Below are positions 49,939 through 57,783 of a stretch of DNA of 64,000 bases, in pieces. Position 1 is the stretch's first letter, and every line of letters starts with the position of its first letter. The translations under genes and the position numbers were made by a program. Under the pieces are notes generated by a model. That model saw only the letters and a list, made by a program, of their open reading frames with translations. It made no database searches and was not told where the DNA came from. The stretch is from Christensenella sp. UBA7588 (GTDB taxonomy: Bacteria; Bacillota; Clostridia; Christensenellales; CAG-917): positions 46,557 through 110,556 of the forward strand of contig DLKM01000025.1 of NCBI GenBank assembly GCA_002478945.1, read 5' to 3'.

Positions 49939-50805
49939 TTATCCCTCCGTTTTGTTTTCCTCTACGGCAGGTGTTGCGTTTGCCGATTCAAGCAACGCCG
50001 ACGCCTGTTCTACCGATTCTTTCAATGCAGGCACGTCCCCGAGCTTTTTGAGAGAGTCTGCATACGTCAGATTTACAAGGTCTTTTACTCCCTGAGGCAA
50101 GTTCTTCGAGTTTGCATACACGGTAATAAGTATTTTGAGAATTGCCTGCGTCTGGACGATAACCGCACCGACCGCCTCATAGTTCTGCGTCTCGTTTTTC
50201 TTGTATGCCGCAAATTCGGTTTCGATTTTGTTGTAACCCTCGATAAGATTGTTTACAACGTCAACAACGTCAGACTGGGCATTAGACGTAAACTTGACAT
50301 CACGGGAAAGCCCGAGCATATTCTTCTTGCTTTTAATAAAGTTTACAAGAAATACTATAAATAATACGATGTCGCCTACGGTGGTCGCAAGGGCAATATA
50401 GTTATTTTCGAGCCATTCCTGCACTCTTCCGAGAAAAGTATGATTTTCGGGCGGCGTAACGTCGCTTTCGACCACTTTAACAAGGTTAGAACCTTGTATA
50501 TAAAATCGCCCGAGTTCTTCGCCCATTGCGGACAGCGTAAGCACGCCGTCGAGGTATGTATAGGAGCCTTTATATTCGATTTCCTCCGAGCCGTGAACGG
50601 CGTGCAGTTTATATTCCGTTTCGGATAAAATCGTCGCCGAGTATTCGCCGCCGTCGTCGGAGAACGTATAAGTTTCGCCTATTACGAGCGGCGTCGCTGC
50701 CTCTTCTGCGTGGGCGACGTTTGCCGTAGTAAAACCGCAAAGCACGAACGAGAGAGACAAAGCCATAAAGCAGCACATAAGTGCAAAGATAAGTCTTTTT
50801 TTCAT
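49939..50805 (-). CDS. Secreted/membrane-anchored prophage protein
   Basis: Signal peptide MKKRLIFALMCCFMALSLSF...AHA, central TM helix, C-terminal helical domain. Confidence 0.45.
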   Translation of the reverse strand: MKKRLIFALMCCFMALSLSFVLCGFTTANVAHAEEAATPLVIGETYTFSDDGGEYSATILSETEYKLHAVHGSEEIEYKGSYTYLDGVLTLSAMGEELGRFYIQGSNLVKVVESDVTPPENHTFLGRVQEWLENNYIALATTVGDIVLFIVFLVNFIKSKKNMLGLSRDVKFTSNAQSDVVDVVNNLIEGYNKIETEFAAYKKNETQNYEAVGAVIVQTQAILKILITVYANSKNLPQGVKDLVNLTYADSLKKLGDVPALKESVEQASALLESANATPAVEENKTEG

Positions 50806-50820
50806 AGATAACCTCCAAAG

Positions 50821-51285
50821 TTATGTAATATCGTATCCCTCAAGCAGCTTTGCGATTTTTTCTTCAAGCTCCGAATATTTTTCAGCTACAGTTTGTAATT
50901 CCGTTTTTATCTTCTGCATATCGAGCTGTATTTCGGCTACGATTCTCGGTAAGTCGCCGTCATTCGGAGCAACGAGCACTCCAGAGCCAGCCACAGGCTC
51001 CGCCTTAAGCTCTTCGCAGACAAAAACAGGCGTTGACGTCTTGCCGTTCATAACGGTAACAGCTACGTTTATTTCGCCCTTTAAGAACTCCGCAGGCACG
51101 CTGCAAGTTTTATCCTGCAGTGTTCTGTAAATTGAGTCTCCCGTTGCATAACTCTCGAAAATAGCTACGGCGTCGTCGGGGGCGTCCGAAAAGGTAATAA
51201 TCAATTCGTCCGAAACGATTTCAGGCTGTCTCGTCAAGAGTATGCCTTTCTTGAAGTCTCTCAAAATTTTGTATTCCATTTTCAT
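50821..51285 (-). CDS. Hypothetical prophage protein (beta-rich N-terminus, coiled-coil C-terminus)
   Basis: 154-aa ORF immediately downstream of the DGR target. No family recognised. Confidence 0.4.
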   Translation of the reverse strand: MKMEYKILRDFKKGILLTRQPEIVSDELIITFSDAPDDAVAIFESYATGDSIYRTLQDKTCSVPAEFLKGEINVAVTVMNGKTSTPVFVCEELKAEPVAGSGVLVAPNDGDLPRIVAEIQLDMQKIKTELQTVAEKYSELEEKIAKLLEGYDIT

Positions 51286-51295
51286 ATCCGCTCCT

Positions 51296-53044
51296 TTATT
51301 CGACTTTGGCGTCGAGTACGCATTTTACGCCCCCGAGTTTGATGTCTCCCTCGGTATCGTTTCGCATAACCACGATTTTCAAAATAACTTTCCAGTAGGT
51401 TACGCCCTGCTGTTTTGCTCCGTTTGTGAATACGTGGTTTATATTCGCTTTGACAGCCGTTGTGATGTCGTCCCAGACTGGCTGCGTATCGTTACCGTTA
51501 TTACACGCAAGCACCTGTAAACCAGCCGCAAAGGGTTTTATGAGGTCGAGTTCGACGTTTATTGCTTTCGGCTGCACGGCAATATTTCCTGTCGGAGAGT
51601 ATTCGAGTTCGAGAACGCCTGCACTTTTGGTAAAGTGTTTCGTTTGCGTTACCGTCGCCGCCTCGTCCGAGGCAATGATTTTGATGTAATTGTCGCCTAC
51701 AGCGATAGCTCCCCACTGTGCCGACGTTATCTCAAACGTTTGCTGTTGCCCTGCTGCCGCCTGATACGTTCTGAGCAGTGTAGAGTTCAGATACTCCTTG
51801 ACGGTAATGTTTGCGTCGTCTCCGTCGTATATCGTGTAACTATACGAAAATCTCGTCGGTTTTTCTCCGAGGTTGCTTTCGTCACCCGATATAAACGGAG
51901 GAAAGTTATCCTGAACGACGTAAACGGGCGACGTCGCATAGTCCGATTCCTCTTCGGAGTTTACTGATTTGACCCTGTATTGCAAGCTTTGATACGAACT
52001 GAGCACGTTTTCGGTGTAACTTCTTGCCGTGCCGCTATATATCTGTGCAAACGCACCGTTGTTGACGCTGCGTTCCAAAACATAGCTCGTCGCATTGCCG
52101 ACCTCAGTCCACGTTATTTTTGCCGTGCCGCCCTCAATTCCGCCCGTTTCCTGCGTCGGTTGGCAGTATATCGGGTTTGATACCGAGATTTCAGGAGCCG
52201 ACAGACCCGTATCCAAGTTGAGAGTATAACAACCGTCCGAGTCGGTCGAATCGGAGACAGAGACTCCAGAGTCCAGATTGCAAAGCGGACGCACGCCGCG
52301 GCCACCGTAATACGCAAGGCCGTAGTACAAACTACCGTCCGAAGAGACACCGCGAACATCGTACGAGTCCGACGAGTCAGGAGTTCTGAGCCAGTAATAC
52401 CAGTTGGCACCTGCCGTAACCGCAGAAGAGCCTTTATTTGCGTTGTCTTGAGCGGCGTAAGCCGAAATTTGAGCAATTCTTATTGCGTTAGTGTTTGCAC
52501 TAAAATACGACAGGAGGCTGCCCTCCATAATACTGTTTTCCGCAGCTCCGAACAGTTCAGCTCTGGACGGTAAGAAAAATTTTCTTACAATAGACTCATA
52601 ACTACCGCCGTCGGTAACAGTGTTCAGGGCGACTTTTAACGTGGTATCCTTAAGAGCTGATACAAAAGCGTCGTCGAAACCAGCCAAAAAACCTGAGTCA
52701 GTATCATAAAGGTTTCTGGAAACGTATGATGTGCTATTCGGCGACTGGTCTGCGGAATGCCTTGCGGAATACCATTGACCTGCCGCAGCAGTAGAGTTGA
52801 GCCACTGGTCGAGGTTGGAAACGGAATATTTGTTGTTTCCGTAACTTTTACGATTGCTGTCGCTGTTATTCGGTTCTTTTGCGTCAAAGGCACGCAAGAG
52901 AATAATCTTCTCGGTTATGAGCGTCGTCGAGTTCTCGGGATAACCGTCGTGGTCTTTATCCGCCTTTAGAAAAATGATGTCTCCCAAAACGGAGTGCGAT
53001 ATTTTAATTTTTGAGCCTATCGCAAGGCTGCCGAGTGTTGCCAT
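51296..53044 (-). CDS. DGR target (variable) protein: N-terminal C-type-lectin-fold-like ligand-binding domain containing the VR, followed by FN3/Ig-like domains
   Basis: Contains the VR (aa ~221-255: PDSSDSYDVRGVSSDGSLYYGLAYYGGRGVRPL) inside a WYYWLRTP...GVRP motif typical of DGR variable domains. Downstream, AKITWTEVGNATSYVLERS...YRVKSVN resembles FN3. Confidence 0.85.
   Translation of the reverse strand: MATLGSLAIGSKIKISHSVLGDIIFLKADKDHDGYPENSTTLITEKIILLRAFDAKEPNNSDSNRKSYGNNKYSVSNLDQWLNSTAAAGQWYSARHSADQSPNSTSYVSRNLYDTDSGFLAGFDDAFVSALKDTTLKVALNTVTDGGSYESIVRKFFLPSRAELFGAAENSIMEGSLLSYFSANTNAIRIAQISAYAAQDNANKGSSAVTAGANWYYWLRTPDSSDSYDVRGVSSDGSLYYGLAYYGGRGVRPLCNLDSGVSVSDSTDSDGCYTLNLDTGLSAPEISVSNPIYCQPTQETGGIEGGTAKITWTEVGNATSYVLERSVNNGAFAQIYSGTARSYTENVLSSYQSLQYRVKSVNSEEESDYATSPVYVVQDNFPPFISGDESNLGEKPTRFSYSYTIYDGDDANITVKEYLNSTLLRTYQAAAGQQQTFEITSAQWGAIAVGDNYIKIIASDEAATVTQTKHFTKSAGVLELEYSPTGNIAVQPKAINVELDLIKPFAAGLQVLACNNGNDTQPVWDDITTAVKANINHVFTNGAKQQGVTYWKVILKIVVMRNDTEGDIKLGGVKCVLDAKVE
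52281..52383 (-). repeat. DGR variable region (VR)
   Basis: 103-nt match to 54254-54356 with 18 mismatches, every one opposite a TR adenine on the coding strand. Confidence 0.92.
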
Positions 53045-54098
53045 TTTTTGTTTTTTCCTCCTTTGGGAATAATTCGTTGTAGTAAGATTCTATTTCTTTC
53101 AGCAAGTGGTAGCAGTTGCCTCGGGACATATGCCCGACGGTGCTTTGCCACGAGCACTCTATACGCTCCATAGGCAATTTGCCTTGCTCGTTCAGCCGTT
53201 TCATTTTGCGGAACTTTCGGCGTATTTTGTGCTTTTTATCGCTCCTGAGTTTCATAATAACCTTACCTGTGTCTGTCAGGTAGGTGTGGAACCCGAGGAA
53301 GTCAATTCCGTTACGCAAAGGAAAGATATTCGTCTTTTCGTTAAGCTCAAGCCCTAAATCTTTTACGAAAGCCCGTATTTTCACGAGGCAATCTTGCAGC
53401 ACGGCTTTGTCTTTATGAACAAGATAAAAATCGTCCATATATCTGCCATACATCTTGATTCCGAGCTTTTCCTTTACGTAATGGTCTAACCCGTTCAGGT
53501 AAAGCAAAGCGAAAAGTTGCGAGCTCTGATTTCCTATCGGTATTCCAACCTTTCCCTCCGTGCTGTCGATTATCATATCACATAGCCAGAGAGTATCTGG
53601 GCAGGATATAAACCGTCTCAATTTCTTTTTGAGAATCTCGTGGTCTATGTTGTAAAAATACTTTCTGACATCGCACTTGAGCACCCAGCCCTCGGCTGTG
53701 CCGTTCTGGCGATAATACCGCAACAAAAAGCATTTCAAACGTTGTAGTCCAAAGTCCGTGCCTTTGCCGACCTGCGAGGCGTAATTGTCGGTTATAAACG
53801 ATTTCGTTAAAATCGGTTCTAATACGTTGTCGCAGAGCGAGTGTTGGACGACTTTGTCTTTATAACTGTTACTCATAACAAGCCGTTCCTTTGGTTCGTA
53901 GACCTTGAAAACGTTATACGGAGACAGCGTGTAGGTCTTCGTAATAAGCTGTCTCTTTAGCAGTAGCAACGCCTCAAGTAAATTTATCTCGAATTTGACG
54001 GCGGCGTCTTTCCAACGCTTGCCTCTACGAGCCTTGAGATACGCAGCATAGAGATTCTCTAAATCGTAAATCTTTTCGTATTCCTGCATAGATTTCAA
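53004..54098 (-). CDS. DGR reverse transcriptase
   Basis: RT motifs including GIPIGNQSSQLFA (the DGR-type [ILV]GxxxSQ) and YGRYMDDF (YxDD). 364 aa. Cognate TR immediately upstream. Confidence 0.92.
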   Translation of the reverse strand: MKSMQEYEKIYDLENLYAAYLKARRGKRWKDAAVKFEINLLEALLLLKRQLITKTYTLSPYNVFKVYEPKERLVMSNSYKDKVVQHSLCDNVLEPILTKSFITDNYASQVGKGTDFGLQRLKCFLLRYYRQNGTAEGWVLKCDVRKYFYNIDHEILKKKLRRFISCPDTLWLCDMIIDSTEGKVGIPIGNQSSQLFALLYLNGLDHYVKEKLGIKMYGRYMDDFYLVHKDKAVLQDCLVKIRAFVKDLGLELNEKTNIFPLRNGIDFLGFHTYLTDTGKVIMKLRSDKKHKIRRKFRKMKRLNEQGKLPMERIECSWQSTVGHMSRGNCYHLLKEIESYYNELFPKEEKTKNGNTRQPCDRLKN

Positions 54099-54253
54099 AA
54101 ATTCCTTATCGCATATAGCTATTGCCTTTTCTTATGAAAATGCCGTTGCGTCGATAATCTTGTATTTATCCTTTCGGAAAGGATATGCTCTCCTTTGATT
54201 GGTGGAGTGCTGCTTTCGCCCAAATATGGCTACTCGGTCTGACTTTATACCAC

Positions 54254-54356
54254 CAAAGCGGACGCACGCCGTTGTTACCGTTATACGCATTGTTGTTGTT
54301 CAAACTACCGTCCGAATTGACATTGCGAACATTGTACGAGTTCGACGAGTTAGGAG
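54254..54356 (-). repeat. DGR template repeat (TR)
   Basis: Noncoding copy of the VR. The coding-strand reading has 12 AAC/AAT codons (PNSSNSYNVRNVNSDGSLNNNNAYNGNNGVRPL). Lies between avd and the RT. Confidence 0.92.
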
Positions 54357-54387
54357 GGGCAGAGCATACCCTAAGAGATGTACTTAA

Positions 54388-54804
54388 TCAACCGTTATGA
54401 CTGCTGTTCCGCTTGTCGCTATTCCTCCAAGCGGCAGTCATACGTTTGACTTCTACGACAAGCCCACTCCAGTATGCTACCGATTTCATTTCGAGTTCGA
54501 TAGTCTTAAGTTTGTAGGCTAACTCTATCATTGTGTTAAGCAATTTGCACGACACTATCGCCTCTTTCTGGCACTCATATCTGGAGCGTCTTTCGGCGGC
54601 GTCGTTAATGTCGCACTCGTTTGCTCGGACAAGGTTTTCATAGATGTCGATAGAGATATTTTCTATTCTGGCACCTATCGAAAACCTATATTTCTTAGGA
54701 AAATGGTTTGTGTTTGCTGTCATTTTGCAGCTGTGTTCCATAAGGTCTTTCGCTTTTGTAATGACAGCCATTTCCTTAGGGTTACGTTCGTTTACTTTTA
54801 ACAA
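54388..54804 (-). CDS. avd: DGR accessory variability determinant (Avd, four-helix-bundle protein)
   Basis: 138 aa, basic, helical. FPKKYRFSIGARIENISIDIYENLVRAN resembles the Avd / 23S-IVS four-helix-bundle family. Directly upstream of the TR. Confidence 0.8.
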   Translation of the reverse strand: MLKVNERNPKEMAVITKAKDLMEHSCKMTANTNHFPKKYRFSIGARIENISIDIYENLVRANECDINDAAERRSRYECQKEAIVSCKLLNTMIELAYKLKTIELEMKSVAYWSGLVVEVKRMTAAWRNSDKRNSSHNG

Positions 54805-55022
54805 TACAGATACCCTCCCGACAGATTGCTATTTCCGTTGAGCAGCGAGCAGCCGTCAAGATTTGTAAAGACCTTAATATACTGCGTGCCGCCGAGCGTT
54901 TCGTGCACCTGTTTTATTTTTTCTGCCGCAGCGGCGTTGTCGTCCACAGTCGCTTTCAACGCCTTAATCGTTTCGAGCAGTTCAAGAGGGTTAGATACGT
55001 TTTTAAGTTTGATTTTGTCCAT
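54798..55022 (-). CDS. Hypothetical small prophage protein
   Basis: 74-aa ORF overlapping the avd start by 7 nt. Confidence 0.35.
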   Translation of the reverse strand: MDKIKLKNVSNPLELLETIKALKATVDDNAAAAEKIKQVHETLGGTQYIKVFTNLDGCSLLNGNSNLSGGYLYC

Positions 55023-55032
55023 AAATTACCTC

Positions 55033-57774
55033 CTATTCAAGTTCCCACCAAACATTATGAAACACGTAACTACTTGCATATCCTGGCTTAAAAGCTGTAG
55101 TGCTGTTAAAATTTGTAATTTTGCCGTTAGCAAAAACCCTACAATACTGAGCTCCTAAAGAACTCCCAGGCTCCAATAAAATAATTTGCGTGGTATCTTT
55201 TGGTCTGAAACCCTCAGGTATCGTTATTGCTATGGTGTAACTTCCGTTTTGGCTTTTACTCATTTCAAAGTTGAAAATGCACCACTTGCCCATTTTTTGC
55301 AGGGAGTTCGTAGAAATGGTGCAGTTTGTTTGAGTAATTCCTGCGGCTCCCGACTTAAAACCCAAATTTGTTAGCCTCGTTTCTATTGTCCCTTTTGATG
55401 TGTCGTCGCTTGCGTAAAGTGCCTTTGTTGCAACGGGAGCTGTCGCTCCGCTTGCAAAATCACTTGTTTCGACCGAAGATTTTGTAGCGAGACTTCCTAA
55501 GCCAGATATTTTAGATGACGATATTGCTGCGTTGCTCGCAATATCAGAGTTTGTAATACTACTTTTTGCCGCCAAACTACCTAAACCGCTTATTTTACTT
55601 TTGTCGATAGCAGCGTCGGAGGCAACGTCAGTGTTGCTTATAGTGCTTTTTGCCGCCAGCGAACCGAGTCCCGAGATTTTACTTTTGTCGATAGCAGCAC
55701 TTGACGATACGTCCGAGTTGGTTATAGAGGATTTAAACGCCAAAGTGCCGAGAGCGGCAAACCACTGTTTGATTTTGCCGAAAAGACTCTTTGTTGTATC
55801 TCCCGAGCTTATATTCGAGCGTGTCCCCGTTGCGTCGGAAAACGTAACCTTTGTGTCTCCGATTTCGCCGCCTGAGGCTGTAACTTTCTTACCAAGTTCA
55901 GTGTATACGCCTCCAGATTTTACAGGTTTGCTACTGCCTGCCGTCGGCGTATCGTCCCACGAAAGCGTATCTTGTTTTTTGTTAAGTTTTGAGTCCATTT
56001 CCGACTCGGTGTAATACCTATCGTCGTGAGAGTGAGACGCAGGAGCAACACCGCTGAGCTTAGCGTATTCGATTGCAGCAGCCGAATCGACGTCGGCATT
56101 TTTGATTTTATCCTTAAAAGCAAGAGCCTTAAGACGTCCGAGCCAGTTTTTTATTTTTCCGAACAGAACTTTAAGCGTATTTCCGCTCGCCAGATTAGCC
56201 GCCGTGCCCGATATATCGGGAAACGTCGTAACAGTCTCGGCTACTTCGCCGCCGTTTTTATCGACTTTTGCGGCAAGAGCCTCCTCGAGCCCGTTTACTT
56301 TTTCCATTTCAATGGAAACGATGTTCGTTGTATTTGTCGTGTAATACGCTTTACCGACACGGACAATAAGTTTACCCTCGAATTTTTCGTCAGTGTAACA
56401 AACTACCGTTCCGCCTGCGGATACCGTAAACAAGTTACAAGACGAGAAATTACCGTCGGCGTCTTTACGCCTGAGGTCGATATAAAGCGACATATCGGAG
56501 CCCATACCGTGCGTAGCAGGCGGCACCGTTATGTAATACAGCCCGTTGGAGTCGGCACTTTCAGACCACGAGCTTGAAAGAATATTCAAAACATAGCTCG
56601 GAATATCCGTAATTGCAGGCGACATATAAATGCTTGCCAGATACCAGCCGTCAAGTTCGTCCCCTATAACGGCAGACGACCAGTAATGATAAGTATAAAT
56701 TTTGCCTGCGTCGGGCATTTGATTATCCCATACCTGAACAGAGTCCGTATTGTCGGGAGTGTCTCTTCCCGTGCTTTCTTTAACTTTTTTATTGAGTTCG
56801 GCAATAAGTGTAGCGTCGAGGGTTTCTGGCGTAGCCCAAAGAACAACGCCACGGATAATACGAGGTTTTACGCCGAGCTGCAGGCTGTCTACGTCCTGAT
56901 TAAGCGACTGAATCGCCAAAGCAATATCTGCTCCGATTGGAGTGATTTTAGATATATCGCCGATATTGCCCTCAACGGTCGTTGCACGACTTTCAAGGCT
57001 GTCAAGTCTTCCGTCTGAAATGTTTTTATCGGTCTGATATGTCGATTTATCGACTTTTAGAGCCAAGAAATTATCCGTCTGTGTTTTAGTGTAGCGGTCG
57101 TTGATTTTTTCAAGCAGACCACTGCTTATATCGCCCTGCAGAGCGTCGGCAATAGCGTCGGCATACTCTTTAAGCGTCTTGCTTGTTGCCGTCGCCTTGT
57201 TCGATGTCGCAAAGCCGTAACACTGCAGTGTTATTTTAGCCGCCAGAGTGCCGTTGGCGATGTCGGAGACGAGGTTGCTTAACTTCTTTCCTGCCCCGTT
57301 GTAACTGTCCGAAATACCCACCTCTGCGGCTCCTGAGGACGATTTTATAAGTGTCTTGTAATTATTAAACGCCTCAGTAAGTTCCGAAATAAGACGTGCC
57401 TTTTCGTTGATTATCGCCTGTAACGTTGCAAGGTTCTTTTCGTCGCCCATATCTGCGGCAGAATGATACGCAAGCATAATCGTAGCAAAACCGCCGTTAA
57501 GAAACGACGCCGTAAGGTCTCCGAGGGAGGCTATTGTTCCGCCCAGATTGTCGATACCGACATACTCCTGCCCCGATTCGCTCAAGGCGGTCTGAATCTC
57601 ATTGATTTTACCTGCCAAGAGTCTGCCGAGATTATCAAACCACAGCTTAAGCTGCGTGGGCGATAGACCACCCACACCGTAACTGGCTGCAACGTTAGGC
57701 TTATCCGCAAGAGCTACGACACCTTTTGCCGCAAGCTCTGCGTTAGAAATGTTTGCAAATTGTTTTTTTGCCAT
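55033..57774 (-). CDS. Phage tail fibre / receptor-binding-like protein
   Basis: 913 aa, coiled-coil-rich N-terminal half, duplicated LFGKIK.W...LAFK modules, 28-aa tandem repeats, distinct C-terminal globular domain. Assigned from position in the structural module. Confidence 0.55.
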   Translation of the reverse strand: MAKKQFANISNAELAAKGVVALADKPNVAASYGVGGLSPTQLKLWFDNLGRLLAGKINEIQTALSESGQEYVGIDNLGGTIASLGDLTASFLNGGFATIMLAYHSAADMGDEKNLATLQAIINEKARLISELTEAFNNYKTLIKSSSGAAEVGISDSYNGAGKKLSNLVSDIANGTLAAKITLQCYGFATSNKATATSKTLKEYADAIADALQGDISSGLLEKINDRYTKTQTDNFLALKVDKSTYQTDKNISDGRLDSLESRATTVEGNIGDISKITPIGADIALAIQSLNQDVDSLQLGVKPRIIRGVVLWATPETLDATLIAELNKKVKESTGRDTPDNTDSVQVWDNQMPDAGKIYTYHYWSSAVIGDELDGWYLASIYMSPAITDIPSYVLNILSSSWSESADSNGLYYITVPPATHGMGSDMSLYIDLRRKDADGNFSSCNLFTVSAGGTVVCYTDEKFEGKLIVRVGKAYYTTNTTNIVSIEMEKVNGLEEALAAKVDKNGGEVAETVTTFPDISGTAANLASGNTLKVLFGKIKNWLGRLKALAFKDKIKNADVDSAAAIEYAKLSGVAPASHSHDDRYYTESEMDSKLNKKQDTLSWDDTPTAGSSKPVKSGGVYTELGKKVTASGGEIGDTKVTFSDATGTRSNISSGDTTKSLFGKIKQWFAALGTLAFKSSITNSDVSSSAAIDKSKISGLGSLAAKSTISNTDVASDAAIDKSKISGLGSLAAKSSITNSDIASNAAISSSKISGLGSLATKSSVETSDFASGATAPVATKALYASDDTSKGTIETRLTNLGFKSGAAGITQTNCTISTNSLQKMGKWCIFNFEMSKSQNGSYTIAITIPEGFRPKDTTQIILLEPGSSLGAQYCRVFANGKITNFNSTTAFKPGYASSYVFHNVWWELE
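55426..55761 (-). repeat. Four tandem 84-nt (28-aa) repeats within the tail-fibre gene
   Basis: Unit [IF]SGLGSLAAKS.I.N.D..S.AAI..SK at aa 672-783. An exact 23-nt repeat (attttacttttgtcgatagcagc) starts at 55592 and 55676, an 84-nt period. Confidence 0.8.
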
Positions 57775-57783
57775 ATAAGCCTC

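Noticed and set aside
53004-54098. The reverse transcriptase as a retron, group II intron or defence-associated (DRT/Abi) RT.
   Set aside because: It has the DGR-type IGxxxSQ motif and an adjacent Avd, and the TR/VR pair differs only at adenines. No intron RNA domains or msr/msd-like repeats are evident.
54185-54400. Plus-strand ORFs of 71 and 62 aa overlapping the TR.
   Set aside because: They are antisense to the template repeat and spacer and have no RBS. They are artefacts of the A-rich (T-rich antisense) TR sequence.
55426-55761. The tandem 84-nt repeats considered as a possible CRISPR array.
   Set aside because: The repeats are contiguous with no spacers, in frame within a long ORF, and they diverge at the protein level. 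They are a coding repeat, not a CRISPR array.
56398-56420. An 11-nt match (caaactaccgt) to the TR/VR core inside the 913-aa fibre gene, considered as a possible second VR.
   Set aside because: Similarity does not extend beyond 11 nt, there is no flanking GC-rich 3' element, and the reading frame and context differ. It is most likely chance.
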